DNA from: a virus | Strand: one strand, 5' to 3' | DNA length: 64,000 nt | IMG/VR virus record: IMGVR_UViG_3300044612_000719 | Span: 33,276 to 97,275 of that record | Shown: positions 35,813 to 45,497 of the stretch, one piece after another | Numbering within the stretch: the first letter of the stretch is position 1 | Layout of the letters: every line of letters starts with the position of its first letter | Translations under genes and position numbers: made by a program | Notes under the pieces: model-generated | Told to the model about the DNA's origin: nothing | The model's database searches: none | What the model saw: the letters and a program-made list of their open reading frames with translations, nothing else

Positions 35813-36835
35813 ATGTCAAGAGAAACCAGCCAGTGGCTCAACCAGAACGTTCTGGTGGGCTTTACATCCAAGCGTGGAAACGCATGGCACTACAAGTCAA
35901 CCGATCAGGGCACCGAGCCAAACCATTACGAGCAGGCAATCCCTGTTGAGGACGTCCGTCGTCGCTTGTTCAACTGGCAAGCAATTGAAGCGCCAGTGTT
36001 CGTGCAGGTTCCACAACTGTCAACGTACAAGTATGTTGAGCAGACCGACCGTAAGGCAATCGTGCGCAGTGACAACAATGCTGTGCTCGGTATGTTCAAA
36101 GACTCATATCAGATCCACCAGTACGACCAGTGGTTGATCGGCACCATCAGCAACATCATTGATGACAGCAACCTTCAGATCGGTTCTGCGGGCTTGCTTC
36201 GCAACGGTGGTGTGGCTTGGGTCAGCATTGAAATGCCTGAGACGGTCACCACCAAGGCAGGTTTTGACATCCGTCCACACTTGCTTGGCACCACGAGCCA
36301 CAACGGCACCATTGCAACCACCTTCAAACGAGTGGTCACTGCGGTGGTCTGCGACAACACGCTCGCTGGAGCGCTCGGTGAGCAGGGATCAGAGTTCAAG
36401 ATCCGTCACAGCAAGTTCAGCAACGGACGCATTCAAGACATCCGTGACGCCCTTGGCATCATTCATGCCATGGCAGATGAAGCAAGCGCAGAGATTGAGC
36501 GCTTGGCATCAATCACAGTTGCTCAGTCCGAATGGGATGCCATCGTGGAGCGCTTGATTCCAGTAAGCCTTGAGTTGGACGCTCGCCCACAAGCGATCAG
36601 CCGTGCTCAGAACAAGCAAGAGTTGGTACGCCACCTCTACAAGCACGACCCACGTGTTGAGCCTTGGGCAGGAACGGGTCTCGGAGTGTTGCAGGCATTC
36701 AATACATGGAGCCAGCACTTCAGTGGCAAAGACGACTCACGTGTGGAGCGCAATGCGTTCAATGCAATCAACGGCAAGACCGATGAGTTTGACCGTCAGG
36801 TTTTGCGCATCATGAATGACGTTGTCTTTGCATGA
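35813..36835 (+). CDS. DUF932 (LGT_TIGR03299-type) phage/plasmid protein
   Basis: AWH; SAGLLRNGGVAW; TSHNGT; VVCDNTL; KIRH. Confidence 0.85.
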   Translation: MSRETSQWLNQNVLVGFTSKRGNAWHYKSTDQGTEPNHYEQAIPVEDVRRRLFNWQAIEAPVFVQVPQLSTYKYVEQTDRKAIVRSDNNAVLGMFKDSYQIHQYDQWLIGTISNIIDDSNLQIGSAGLLRNGGVAWVSIEMPETVTTKAGFDIRPHLLGTTSHNGTIATTFKRVVTAVVCDNTLAGALGEQGSEFKIRHSKFSNGRIQDIRDALGIIHAMADEASAEIERLASITVAQSEWDAIVERLIPVSLELDARPQAISRAQNKQELVRHLYKHDPRVEPWAGTGLGVLQAFNTWSQHFSGKDDSRVERNAFNAINGKTDEFDRQVLRIMNDVVFA

Positions 36836-37197
36836 ACCGTTGGGATTACTACGATGATGCGGGGGAGTCAAATCCCCCGCTACATTGGGAACTCACAATC
36901 AACAGAGACATCATAGATCCGTTGCCATTCCCCGATAGTGGTGTGTGGCGTGCGCATTCATCGTGTCGTCACGAAGATGTGTCTACCTTCTTTGCTACTG
37001 GCGAAGCGGGTTACACACGAGAAATAAGAAGTAAGCGATTGGAAGCCATTTCAATCTGCAAAGGCTGTCCAGTGTCATTCCAGTGCCTACGCTATGCCGT
37101 CAAGAACGACATGCGCTGGGGCGTGTGGGGTGGCAAGGATATGCAGTCGCTTGAAAAGGTTGAGCGTATTAAGTTACGCAAGATCTTCAATAAGTGA
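36832..37197 (+). CDS. whiB: WhiB-family Fe-S transcription factor
   Basis: W....C.....FF...AISICKGCPVSFQCLRYA...GVWGG. Confidence 0.9.
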   Translation: MNRWDYYDDAGESNPPLHWELTINRDIIDPLPFPDSGVWRAHSSCRHEDVSTFFATGEAGYTREIRSKRLEAISICKGCPVSFQCLRYAVKNDMRWGVWGGKDMQSLEKVERIKLRKIFNK

Positions 37198-38238
37198 GTT
37201 GAGGCGGTGTGCTCCGAGGCTGATGTCTCGTGAGCGCACTGCTTCTCTCAAAGCCTCTCCCTCGTCTGCTCGCCTGACTGGATCCCGAAGATCCCTCAGA
37301 TGCTTGAGCCACTGCGATGGTTTACTCGCAGTACGACCAATCCCCCAACTTTTACGCAAGCCCTCGTACGCTGAGAGACCTGAACCAACCCACGGAATGC
37401 CCGAGGCTGAGTACTCCAGCAACTTGATGTCGCTCTTGGCATGGTTGAATGGGGTGTCACGCAATGGTGCGATGCCCACGTCCATGGTCAGCAGTGATGG
37501 GTAAGACTCAGCGTCTACAGCGCCCAGTACGGTGATCTGATCGTCATGCAAACCCAGTTTGCTGGCGACTGATGGTGCTGTTGGGTAATGCCCACTGTGT
37601 TGAAACTTAATTTCGTTATTAGCAATTAAAGGGTTGATGATCCCCTTCATGATCTCTAAGTCACTGGAGCGATGGCTCGTGGCTCCTACCCACCCAACTA
37701 CAGGAATAGAACTATCGGTGTGCGCATGCGGAGTGAACCGTGCAATGTCTACGGTGTTTTCAAGAATGATGATAGGGCAGTGCACAAACGACTTAATGCG
37801 ATCGGCAAGGTACTGCGTTGACACAGTGACCACGTTGCTTGATGCGATTACCTTTTTGTAGTGATCTCGGTTCTCTTTAGGGTTCGTCTTTGGGTGTGAT
37901 GATTTGAAGGCATCATTGGCTGGGTCAAGCCCCCAGTACCAGTCATCCAAGTCATTCACGATCACCTGACCAATGGCACGAGCCTTACCAATGTGCTCCG
38001 CTAACGAGTCGTGCATGAGTCGTTGCATGATAACCATGTCTACTGACTGCAACTCTTCGTACTGGTCACGAATGAGGAACCGATCTTCTTTCCATACCAA
38101 CACACCTGTGATAACTTCATGATTGAGGTGTGGGGTGTACTGACCAAGGCGTGCCCAGCCCGAACCCCCCCAGTGGTGCATGCCATCAGTGGATTTCAGT
38201 GCTGGTAGAAAGTCTCCACTAACAAACCCAACTCTCAC
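37174..38238 (-). CDS. Glycosyltransferase (GT-B, GT4-like)
   Basis: DLDD; VGWVG..SH..DL; DVGIAPL.DTPFN.AKS.IK.LEY. Confidence 0.85.
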   Translation of the reverse strand: MRVGFVSGDFLPALKSTDGMHHWGGSGWARLGQYTPHLNHEVITGVLVWKEDRFLIRDQYEELQSVDMVIMQRLMHDSLAEHIGKARAIGQVIVNDLDDWYWGLDPANDAFKSSHPKTNPKENRDHYKKVIASSNVVTVSTQYLADRIKSFVHCPIIILENTVDIARFTPHAHTDSSIPVVGWVGATSHRSSDLEIMKGIINPLIANNEIKFQHSGHYPTAPSVASKLGLHDDQITVLGAVDAESYPSLLTMDVGIAPLRDTPFNHAKSDIKLLEYSASGIPWVGSGLSAYEGLRKSWGIGRTASKPSQWLKHLRDLRDPVRRADEGEALREAVRSRDISLGAHRLNSLIEDLA

Positions 38239-38372
38239 TTCTTCTCCACCATTTCAACGGTAAGGCTGGTGTGCCTGTCAGGGTTAGTGCATGTTGGTGG
38301 CACCGATGGCTTTACATATACGGTGACGACCTTTCCGCATTGCGGGCATTCGTAATGGCGCTTCTCGCTCAT
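38235..38372 (-). CDS. 45-aa zinc-ribbon protein (not in ORF track)
   Basis: YECPQCGK...PPTCTNPDRH. Confidence 0.55.
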   Translation of the reverse strand: MSEKRHYECPQCGKVVTVYVKPSVPPTCTNPDRHTSLTVEMVEKK

Positions 38373-38578
38373 TGTTGTGCCACCTTCCATGGACGCCACT
38401 CAGCGAGGAATGCTTGGATATCACGCTTGTCCCAAATTGGTGTTGATGCCAAGTTTGCGATCGGTTGTGGAAACTTCTTCTGCTTACGCAGTGCATGGAT
38501 GCGCTGTTTGGTTACTCCAAGTATTACAGCGATCTCGCTAGTGCCTGCTAAGTGTTCGGGTTGTAGTTCGTTTGTCAT
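38369..38578 (-). CDS. AlpA/excisionase-like HTH DNA-binding protein; leaderless
   Basis: LAGTSEIAVILGVTKQRI...FPQP...PIW; TAGGAT-N6-ATG. Confidence 0.8.
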   Translation of the reverse strand: MTNELQPEHLAGTSEIAVILGVTKQRIHALRKQKKFPQPIANLASTPIWDKRDIQAFLAEWRPWKVAQQ

Positions 38579-38610
38579 GGTTACATCCTACTGTGTTGTG
38601 TACGTTGTTG

Positions 38611-39108
38611 CTACAGGCTCCAGTGTCGCAGTCCGCCATTGTCGTAGAGGTACTTTGCTACGGACAGGTTGCAGTCCACGTTAAATAGACCTGTGATGTC
38701 AGTCCCGCATATGTTCCTCGTGACCGTTCGCCAACTGCTGTTGACCTGTACCAGCCCGAGGTCATGTGATTTATTGCGGTTTAGCGTGGTGTTGTGTGCC
38801 AGAACGTTACAGCGGGACTCACGCCAACTGATATACGAAAACGCAACTACTGGCAAGCCGTACTCACGGAACTTGGCTTCCCATTGCGGGCAACGCTTTG
38901 TTGGATCTTTCGGTACTCCCTTTGGTTTTGGCATTTGTTCAGGTGCCAATTCCTTTGCATTTACTACCTCAAGTGCTACTGCCGTAACAAATGGGGTTAA
39001 TTGAATTGTTGCTACTTCGGACTGTTGATTACTTGGAGCCAGCCCCACCAACAACGATGTGATTGATGTGAATATGACTCCAACGATAACTAACGAGCGA
39101 TCTAACAA
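38611..39108 (-). CDS. Secreted lytic transglycosylase (SLT/lysozyme-like)
   Basis: Signal/TM segment; ISWRESRC; DLGLVQVN; CNL..AKYLY...GLRHW; AAGGAGAG RBS before TTG. Confidence 0.8.
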   Translation of the reverse strand: MLDRSLVIVGVIFTSITSLLVGLAPSNQQSEVATIQLTPFVTAVALEVVNAKELAPEQMPKPKGVPKDPTKRCPQWEAKFREYGLPVVAFSYISWRESRCNVLAHNTTLNRNKSHDLGLVQVNSSWRTVTRNICGTDITGLFNVDCNLSVAKYLYDNGGLRHWSL

Positions 39109-39196
39109 TATTCTCTCCTTGATAGGCGGATAAAGCAAAACGCCCACAGGATTCTGTGAAGAACTCTATGGGCGTTACCCTTCTAGTTTACAGGTG

Positions 39197-39613
39197 TTAA
39201 GGCTGAATCAACCTGAACTTAAGCATCTCTAAATCGGTCAGTTCCACACCCATTTTAGGAATCTCTTGAATATTTATTTCATTAATCTCTTTTGAGTCAG
39301 CGTCTACACATTCAGTGCAACGACAACCTTGTCTGTAACGAGTCCATGTACCGTGTGCACGAAGTACACTTGCTTTTGGATGTTCAACAGTGAGCGCTGT
39401 TCGCTCCTGTGGTGTGAGTCCGCCCCACAATCCCCACTTCTCTTCAAGCCCATCGTCTAAACATTCTTTCCACACAGGGCACTGACGACATACTGCTCTA
39501 GAAATTACATAGTAATTCTCTGGTACGTCAGTATCTAGTGGTGGGTACCAAAGATCAATGTGACGGTCTTTGCACAAAGCATCAATGCGCCAGTCGTCTT
39601 GATGGTTAGGCAA
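39197..39613 (-). CDS. whiB: WhiB-family transcription factor with extra C-terminal HG....Y..GCRC..C zinc motif
   Basis: WRIDALC...VCRQCPVWKECL...GLWGGLTPQER. Confidence 0.9.
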   Translation of the reverse strand: MPNHQDDWRIDALCKDRHIDLWYPPLDTDVPENYYVISRAVCRQCPVWKECLDDGLEEKWGLWGGLTPQERTALTVEHPKASVLRAHGTWTRYRQGCRCTECVDADSKEINEINIQEIPKMGVELTDLEMLKFRLIQP

Positions 39614-40048
39614 TTAGAACTCTTCCGATGGAATCTCATCATGCACACGCTTGTCACGAATTGGTCGGATGGTTGCTTCAATCGCAGTGTAGATCGCTGT
39701 ACTCATGCGCTCTACTTGCTCGTTCATCTTCTCAATCTGTCCGAGCAACGTAAGCACTTCACCTGACAGACGCTTGTTCTCTACAGCCAACTGAAGGATG
39801 CTGTCCCAGTTGTCTAGCAAGATCTCTGCCATGGACAACTCAGCCTGAGCAGAGAACTCTTCCAATGTAGGTGTGACCTCTTGTTTGACCAGTTGTGGAA
39901 TCATGCTGAGTGCTTTAGACATGCGCTTACGCTCACGCTCTAACTCTTGTTGCATCGTCCAATGGTTTGCTTCACTGGCACTGTATATGTAGCGGGGATC
40001 TTTTTTAGACATCCACTCATTGTAATAGTCGTGGTTATTGTGCATCAT
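39614..40048 (-). CDS. Coiled-coil hypothetical protein
   Basis: ORF track; start moved to MMHNN. Confidence 0.55.
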   Translation of the reverse strand: MMHNNHDYYNEWMSKKDPRYIYSASEANHWTMQQELERERKRMSKALSMIPQLVKQEVTPTLEEFSAQAELSMAEILLDNWDSILQLAVENKRLSGEVLTLLGQIEKMNEQVERMSTAIYTAIEATIRPIRDKRVHDEIPSEEF

Positions 40049-40361
40049 GGAGACCCTCTTCTTGGACTTCGCAGTCCCATCCGCAGGCTCCGTAGCCGAT
40101 GGCATCAGTCCAGTGGTCACGCTTTTCAGGTGTCCATGAGAGTCGGGCGATCTTGAGGAGCATCATCATGACAGCAACATCGTGTGGACGAATATGCACT
40201 TCTTGACGGCGGTCAATGATGCGCCGAATGTACGTTGTCCACAGATCCCCTGTGGTGGCAAAGTCATCAATTGGGTCGCCGTAGTCGGCGTCACGAACAC
40301 CGTTTACTAGGTGATCGGCTTCTGCCAAGATGTTGGTACGGTTAGTAGGATTGCTAGTCAT
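40035..40361 (-). CDS. DUF6378-type (nucleotide pyrophosphohydrolase-like) protein
   Basis: ILAEA..LVNG.R..DYG.P.DDF...LW...DVA.MM.LLKIAR...D.W.D.IGY. Confidence 0.75.
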   Translation of the reverse strand: MTSNPTNRTNILAEADHLVNGVRDADYGDPIDDFATTGDLWTTYIRRIIDRRQEVHIRPHDVAVMMMLLKIARLSWTPEKRDHWTDAIGYGACGWDCEVQEEGLHDAQ

Positions 40362-40413
40362 GGTGCACCTCGCTGTTATGTTGCGGGAATTATAGAAGTG
40401 CACTTACGGCTTG

Positions 40414-41850
40414 TCAATTGTCTTCAGATAGATCCAAGACATCTGCGTACATAGCGTTGGTTGCTTGTGCGCCCATACCGCCACCTTCAAGCATGCGGTT
40501 GGCTTCTCCAGCCTTAGCACCGAACAAGCGAGACAAAACTCCACTGGATCCTCGGGCTTCCATCTCTAAACGGATGGTGTCACGAGTATCGGATATGTTC
40601 TTGAAGCGATCAATGAGATTAAACAAACGATCCATTTCATGTGACAAGGCTGGGTCAAGACCCTGACCTTCTAGTTCTTCTGCAAAGCGAGCGAACATCA
40701 CACGACCTACTTGCATCTCTAACAAGGCACGCATCGCCGCCTGAAGTTGATCCTTTGTTCGGATTTCAATCGGAAGTTTAAATGCGCATTCTGTGTTTTC
40801 TTGAAATGAAGGACATCTGCTACTCAAATAGCAACTATTGCACTGGCGCAAAGGGTTCGCATTGTAGCGAATTACGTTGATCTTTTCGGGGTCTATTTCT
40901 ATAGATTCCCCTTCATTATCAACGGTTTGCGAGCCAAAGGAGGTGATGGTCTCTACCCCCATTACTGGTAGCAATACACGGTCACTCTCGTGCCTCTTAT
41001 TTGGCACGTTGATAGCAATAGTTGACCCCCCAGGAACCCCTAAAGTAGGGGTATGCGGTATAGGTGCGATAGCAACTATTTCATCATTCTGAGGGTCTGT
41101 GAACTCTAGTTCGTCATCGTCATTCATAGGGTCATAGCCCCCAAAAGTGTGGGTCTCCCATTGTTGCCAAGAGGCAATTGCAAGGTTACCGATTGCGGAT
41201 ACGTTGTCTTCCATTACAGCATCAAAGTCAATCCCAAGTCGGATGATGTCTGCACGATGCTTTCTACGTGACGACTCTTTCTGTTGTGCTGGGTAGCGGC
41301 GCAAGCCGTGACCGTCCCACACTTGTGTCTCTCCGTAGCGGATAGCGCTCGTCCACGATCCTGCAATGACGGTATCCCATTGAATACGTTCAATCAGGTC
41401 AGGCTTAGAGGTAATGCCGACTAACTTGGCGCTCCAGCGCTGTGAGATGGATGAGATACGAGCAATGTTGCGCCCTGTGACCGCTTTGTCGCTAATCGCC
41501 GCACGACCATACTTCTGGCAAAGCCATGCCAGACGCTCCAGATCCTGCTCATCATTCCATAGTGGGTAGTATTTCTCACCCAACCAAACGCCATCGTAAT
41601 CAGGGCGACCAATTACAATATCTATATTATCGGCGTGATCACGTACAAACTGGTCAAAGCGCCCTGTGTCCTCATCGTTCTCGGATGTGTACACAATGAC
41701 CTCGCCTCCTCCGTAGAGGACGCTGAGATCTAGTTCTTTCTTCTTGGGGATCGGAAAGTGGGTCAGGTTGATGGCGTAGCGTTTAACGCCAGCGTCCATG
41801 AGCATCTTGCGATACGTCCCCTTTTCCGCTCCACCAAAGAAGATCTTCAC
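40414..41850 (-). CDS. Large hypothetical protein with Cys cluster (C..C.....C........C)
   Basis: RQCNSCYLSSRCPSFQENTECAF; GTG start overlapping upstream stop. Confidence 0.7.
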   Translation of the reverse strand: MKIFFGGAEKGTYRKMLMDAGVKRYAINLTHFPIPKKKELDLSVLYGGGEVIVYTSENDEDTGRFDQFVRDHADNIDIVIGRPDYDGVWLGEKYYPLWNDEQDLERLAWLCQKYGRAAISDKAVTGRNIARISSISQRWSAKLVGITSKPDLIERIQWDTVIAGSWTSAIRYGETQVWDGHGLRRYPAQQKESSRRKHRADIIRLGIDFDAVMEDNVSAIGNLAIASWQQWETHTFGGYDPMNDDDELEFTDPQNDEIVAIAPIPHTPTLGVPGGSTIAINVPNKRHESDRVLLPVMGVETITSFGSQTVDNEGESIEIDPEKINVIRYNANPLRQCNSCYLSSRCPSFQENTECAFKLPIEIRTKDQLQAAMRALLEMQVGRVMFARFAEELEGQGLDPALSHEMDRLFNLIDRFKNISDTRDTIRLEMEARGSSGVLSRLFGAKAGEANRMLEGGGMGAQATNAMYADVLDLSEDN

Positions 41851-42086
41851 TCTTCGTAGCCAGCCTTGCGCCAAACCGAAGGGCTGTGGTTCTGCTCTAC
41901 GAGCATCGCTTCAAGGTCATCTACGTAAAGACGCAGGATGTGGATGCATGGGTCATCGCCATCGTCCCATGCCATGTCTTCGTCCTCGGTGGATGGTAAA
42001 CCATCGTGTGTTGAGCACACTGGTGGACCAACCCACTTGTTCTCTAATCCCATTTTAAGCCATGAGTCAAAATCCATTTCAGACAT
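41847..42086 (-). CDS. Small protein (CSTHDGLP...DPCIH family)
   Basis: Recurrent actinophage motif. Confidence 0.65.
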   Translation of the reverse strand: MSEMDFDSWLKMGLENKWVGPPVCSTHDGLPSTEDEDMAWDDGDDPCIHILRLYVDDLEAMLVEQNHSPSVWRKAGYEE

Positions 42087-42561
42087 CGCCCCAATTCCTT
42101 TCTGCTCTCGCAAGAGCCTGCTTATCAGTTTCTTCCACAATCTCGCCCCATTCCTTTTTGAAACGAGACTCAGACCATTCAGGTCTAACAGTGTGTGGCA
42201 CTGTTACTAGCAGTGTAGGGGTTCCGTTATGGGCTACACGTGCTACGACTTTAGGGTCAACGTCAATGTACCAGTTGATCTTGCCATACACAGCATGTAA
42301 GTTACTAATTCTTTCAACTTTGGCTTCTACAGTGTTTTCAGTAATAAAATCAACTGTTGAGGCTTTGAAGTTCTCACGCTTTAACCAACTAAGCAAGCCC
42401 TCTTGGTTTTCTACGCCGTGCGCAAACACCATCATCCGACCGCTGTATGCGGGGAATAATGTGTTCCACAGTTTCCTGCCTTCCGATGTTGGTTGTCTTG
42501 CTCCAACATCATCACTTACTGGGCTAGGCACCGATAGGACGTCTAGCGACATAATGATCAT
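42079..42561 (-). CDS. Degenerate HAD-like protein
   Basis: IIMSLDVL N-terminal strand; WYIDVDP. Confidence 0.5.
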   Translation of the reverse strand: MIIMSLDVLSVPSPVSDDVGARQPTSEGRKLWNTLFPAYSGRMMVFAHGVENQEGLLSWLKRENFKASTVDFITENTVEAKVERISNLHAVYGKINWYIDVDPKVVARVAHNGTPTLLVTVPHTVRPEWSESRFKKEWGEIVEETDKQALARAERNWGDV

Positions 42562-43025
42562 TAGTCGTAGAGTCCCAATTCAATTCGTTGACGATGCGTG
42601 TAATACTCGGCGGCGGGGCAATACATGCAGAGGTACTGGCGTTTACCTACAGGAACGCCGACCTTGCGACCGATGGTCTTATCATCTGCGCACCAGTCAA
42701 TACAACCTTGCTTAGGGCGGTTATGACGGTTAAAGCACTTGAGTGCATCTACCTTGAGTTCGTCACGAGTGTCACGAATGTAGACATCATTCTCTTCTAA
42801 TTTGCCCTTGACGGCTGTCTCAGCGTCTAGTTTCTTGGCGGTCTCTTCGTCTGTGCGGAAGATGATGGCGTTACAGTCTTGTGGGTTTGGCACCTGTGCG
42901 TTGTGGCGGTCGCAGAGTTCACGCAACTCTTGGTCGTACTCTGCTGGTCCGTCATACGGCTTCATCTTGTACATAACGCCGTGTGTTTTGCATACCAAAA
43001 GACGGTGTGCTTGATCATTAGCCAT
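42561..43025 (-). CDS. Cys/His-rich hypothetical protein
   Basis: CKTH; C..RHNRP..GC; YLCMYCP; AGGAG RBS. Confidence 0.65.
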   Translation of the reverse strand: MANDQAHRLLVCKTHGVMYKMKPYDGPAEYDQELRELCDRHNAQVPNPQDCNAIIFRTDEETAKKLDAETAVKGKLEENDVYIRDTRDELKVDALKCFNRHNRPKQGCIDWCADDKTIGRKVGVPVGKRQYLCMYCPAAEYYTHRQRIELGLYD

Positions 43026-43069
43026 GTTGTGCTCCTAACTTCGGGCTAGCCGAAGCCTACTACAACTTA

Positions 43070-43333
43070 TTAATCCTTGTACAGAATCTCTGCAGGGTCG
43101 TGTCCTCGGTAACTCATGTCTTCGGCATCTTCCATGTCTGCGTATCCTAAGCGATCTTTAGAGATACTGTCCTCTGGCTCCCAGTTCTTACCTGCAACAT
43201 TTCCTAAATTGGCGTAGTCGTTGTTAAGAACACGTGGGTCGGTTGACATTTCTTGGCGCATGTAATTGCGCATACGGTTTACTTTGTTGAGGTGTGGTTC
43301 ACCTACTGGGTTCATGCGGTGATCGTGTGCCAT
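43070..43333 (-). CDS. Hypothetical protein
   Basis: ORF track, GGAG RBS. Confidence 0.55.
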   Translation of the reverse strand: MAHDHRMNPVGEPHLNKVNRMRNYMRQEMSTDPRVLNNDYANLGNVAGKNWEPEDSISKDRLGYADMEDAEDMSYRGHDPAEILYKD

Positions 43334-43335
43334 GA

Positions 43336-43512
43336 TTACTCCGTATCTTCTCTGCCATACAATGGCTTTAATCTCAGTAACCCATTATGACATGATTGAC
43401 ACAAGTGGTTTGTGAGGTGCTCGGGGGTTTCTTGTTCCGTATCGCAGTGCACACACGTGCGCCTGTAATCCTTGTTATTGACCGCAGGATTACCCCGATA
43501 ATCGGGACGCAT
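43336..43512 (-). CDS. 58-aa zinc-finger protein (not in ORF track)
   Basis: CVHC...LCQSCH. Confidence 0.5.
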   Translation of the reverse strand: MRPDYRGNPAVNNKDYRRTCVHCDTEQETPEHLTNHLCQSCHNGLLRLKPLYGREDTE

Positions 43513-43513
43513 G

Positions 43514-43717
43514 TTATTGGTGCAGGTGTGCTTCTGGAGCGTTAGCCAGAGGGGTACGTTCTACGAGACCGTACTGTGGTTGTACTTCCATGGCACGTAC
43601 TGATGCGTCAGTAGGATCAACATCGCCACCACGATCTGGAGTCAGCGACTTGAACTTGCCGTCCTTGGCACCAAGGCGAAGGTCGTTGTTCATTGAGCGA
43701 GTTTCGTTTACAGCCAT
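43514..43717 (-). CDS. Hypothetical protein
   Basis: MAVNETRSMNNDL..GA.DGK.K. Confidence 0.6.
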   Translation of the reverse strand: MAVNETRSMNNDLRLGAKDGKFKSLTPDRGGDVDPTDASVRAMEVQPQYGLVERTPLANAPEAHLHQ

Positions 43718-43730
43718 AGTATTAATCCTA

Positions 43731-44324
43731 TCACGGTTTCTGGTTATTTAAAGATTCACGGATCCTAGCGATAGCGTCAGCACCCATTGCTCTGCGCTGT
43801 GCACGAGTTTTGGCTGGTTTACTAGCAGAGGGTGCTGTAGAGGCAAGGCGCTCTTCCTTCATTTTCTTAACACCTTCAATAGCCTGTTGCTGTTGTGGGG
43901 TTAACACGGTAGGAGCAGGTGGTTCTAGAGGAACTACTTTACTAATTTTAATAGTAGGACGTTCAAAAGGTACTGGCGCTGGGCGTGGTGTTGGAGGGCT
44001 TACTTCAATTTTTGGGCGGTCAGATACTCCAGCAACAGCAGTTTGCTGTAATGGGGTTAAGTTCTGTACTGGTGTCTTTGAAGCCAAAGGAGACATACGC
44101 AAAGTTGGACGTGGCTTGCCCATTGGACTAGCACCAGGAGGTGGTGGAACCAATGGGGATGTAGGAAGCGTAGGGACAACAGACGCTGGGGCGGGTGGGG
44201 GTGGTGTTGGGGTACTTGTAGTCATGCGTGCGTGGTGCTCTTTAGCCTCTTGCATAGCAGTGACGGCTTGACCAATCGGATGTGCTTTAGCAATTACTTT
44301 AAAAGTGTCTTTAAATGCGCCCAT
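43731..44324 (-). CDS. Pro-rich disordered protein
   Basis: ORF track. Confidence 0.55.
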   Translation of the reverse strand: MGAFKDTFKVIAKAHPIGQAVTAMQEAKEHHARMTTSTPTPPPPAPASVVPTLPTSPLVPPPPGASPMGKPRPTLRMSPLASKTPVQNLTPLQQTAVAGVSDRPKIEVSPPTPRPAPVPFERPTIKISKVVPLEPPAPTVLTPQQQQAIEGVKKMKEERLASTAPSASKPAKTRAQRRAMGADAIARIRESLNNQKP

Positions 44325-44325
44325 A

Positions 44326-44763
44326 TCAAATAGTTGTGCCTGAAGGTGTCCCCCATGGCGCCCTTCTCATTGACCTACTAGTAGACGCAGTAGTGATTGG
44401 TGCTGAGGGTGTACTAGGTGTTCCTAAAGTAGTAGCAACTGGGGCACCTGTTGGTGCTGGAAGTGCTGTTGGTGACGGAAGCGATGAAGTCCCTGTACTG
44501 GATGGCATTGACAGCCCCCAACTGCGTTCGCTCAATTTAGTCCTATTTCCGTCATTCATACCTGGGGTCATGATGTCGGTGTTGCCCTTGTTCCAGTTTT
44601 GTCTTACACCTGTGCTTGGGGGACGGAATCTAGTCTGTGAGACTCTTGGTCCTTGTTTGAATTGACCACGCATCCACGATGGGGTATTCCAAGCCATACT
44701 GTCCGACCATTGCTGATTAAGGCGTTGGTTTTGAATATTGCCAAGGTAGTCGTTGTCAGCCAT
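44326..44763 (-). CDS. Low-complexity hypothetical protein
   Basis: ORF track. Confidence 0.55.
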   Translation of the reverse strand: MADNDYLGNIQNQRLNQQWSDSMAWNTPSWMRGQFKQGPRVSQTRFRPPSTGVRQNWNKGNTDIMTPGMNDGNRTKLSERSWGLSMPSSTGTSSLPSPTALPAPTGAPVATTLGTPSTPSAPITTASTSRSMRRAPWGTPSGTTI

Positions 44764-44765
44764 AA

Positions 44766-45083
44766 TTACATCCCCAAACTTTGCATTGAGTAGCGACTAG
44801 ATCCTGAGAAGTTGTCTTCCATGAATGTACCATCACGGAACATCACAGGAGCACCTGAAACCCAAGAACGATTAGACGCTGTGTAGCGGTCAATATTTAA
44901 TACGTCCATTATACCCATCGTCTGTTTGGCATACCCTTCACGAGGAGTAAACAATTGTTGTGGGTGAATTGGGCGGATCTGACGAATGGATTCAGGATCA
45001 GAGATAGCCGTCTGCAAAGCCATATCAACAAGCGCCTCAGCGTGAGATCGCCATGGTTTAGCGTTAGGTATCTGTTGAGCCAT
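44766..45083 (-). CDS. Hypothetical protein
   Basis: ORF track. Confidence 0.6.
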   Translation of the reverse strand: MAQQIPNAKPWRSHAEALVDMALQTAISDPESIRQIRPIHPQQLFTPREGYAKQTMGIMDVLNIDRYTASNRSWVSGAPVMFRDGTFMEDNFSGSSRYSMQSLGM

Positions 45084-45086
45084 AAC

Positions 45087-45497
45087 TTAGTTGTACCAGC
45101 CGTTCCTGTACTTGTCTTCACGGCTTTCACGTTCAGGGTACTTAGGACGTGGCATACCGTGTGGAGGCGCTTCGTCATTGCTGTTCTTCTTAGGCTTGTC
45201 ATCACCAGCGCCACCGAGTTTAGTCTTAGGTTTCTTTGGTGGTTGCTTACCACCTTCTCCTGCCATGGCTTTGTAAATGTTGCGTGGAGACAGGTCGGAA
45301 ATACGTGCTTCTTGACCTGTGTATTCAGGCGTGTTGGGGTCGTCCAAATCTGGGTTTGCTGGACCACCAATAAAGACATCTTTAAAGAGATTAACGCCCT
45401 TTTGCAGACCACCAGACGCAGGGTGGTTACGCATCTTCCACTGATTTAAGTTAACGATGCGTGCTTCGTTACGTGATTCGTCATTACCTCGTGCCAT
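45087..45497 (-). CDS. Hypothetical protein with MARG.D N-terminus
   Basis: MARGNDESRNEARIV. Confidence 0.6.
   Translation of the reverse strand: MARGNDESRNEARIVNLNQWKMRNHPASGGLQKGVNLFKDVFIGGPANPDLDDPNTPEYTGQEARISDLSPRNIYKAMAGEGGKQPPKKPKTKLGGAGDDKPKKNSNDEAPPHGMPRPKYPERESREDKYRNGWYN

Noticed and set aside
36859-36880. GCGGGGGA-GTCAAA-TCCCCCGC hairpin resembling a T-arm/attP remnant
   Set aside because: Single hairpin inside the WhiB 5' coding region with no other tRNA parts
42062-42715. 217-aa plus-strand ORF
   Set aside because: Antisense to coupled minus-strand genes; no motif or RBS
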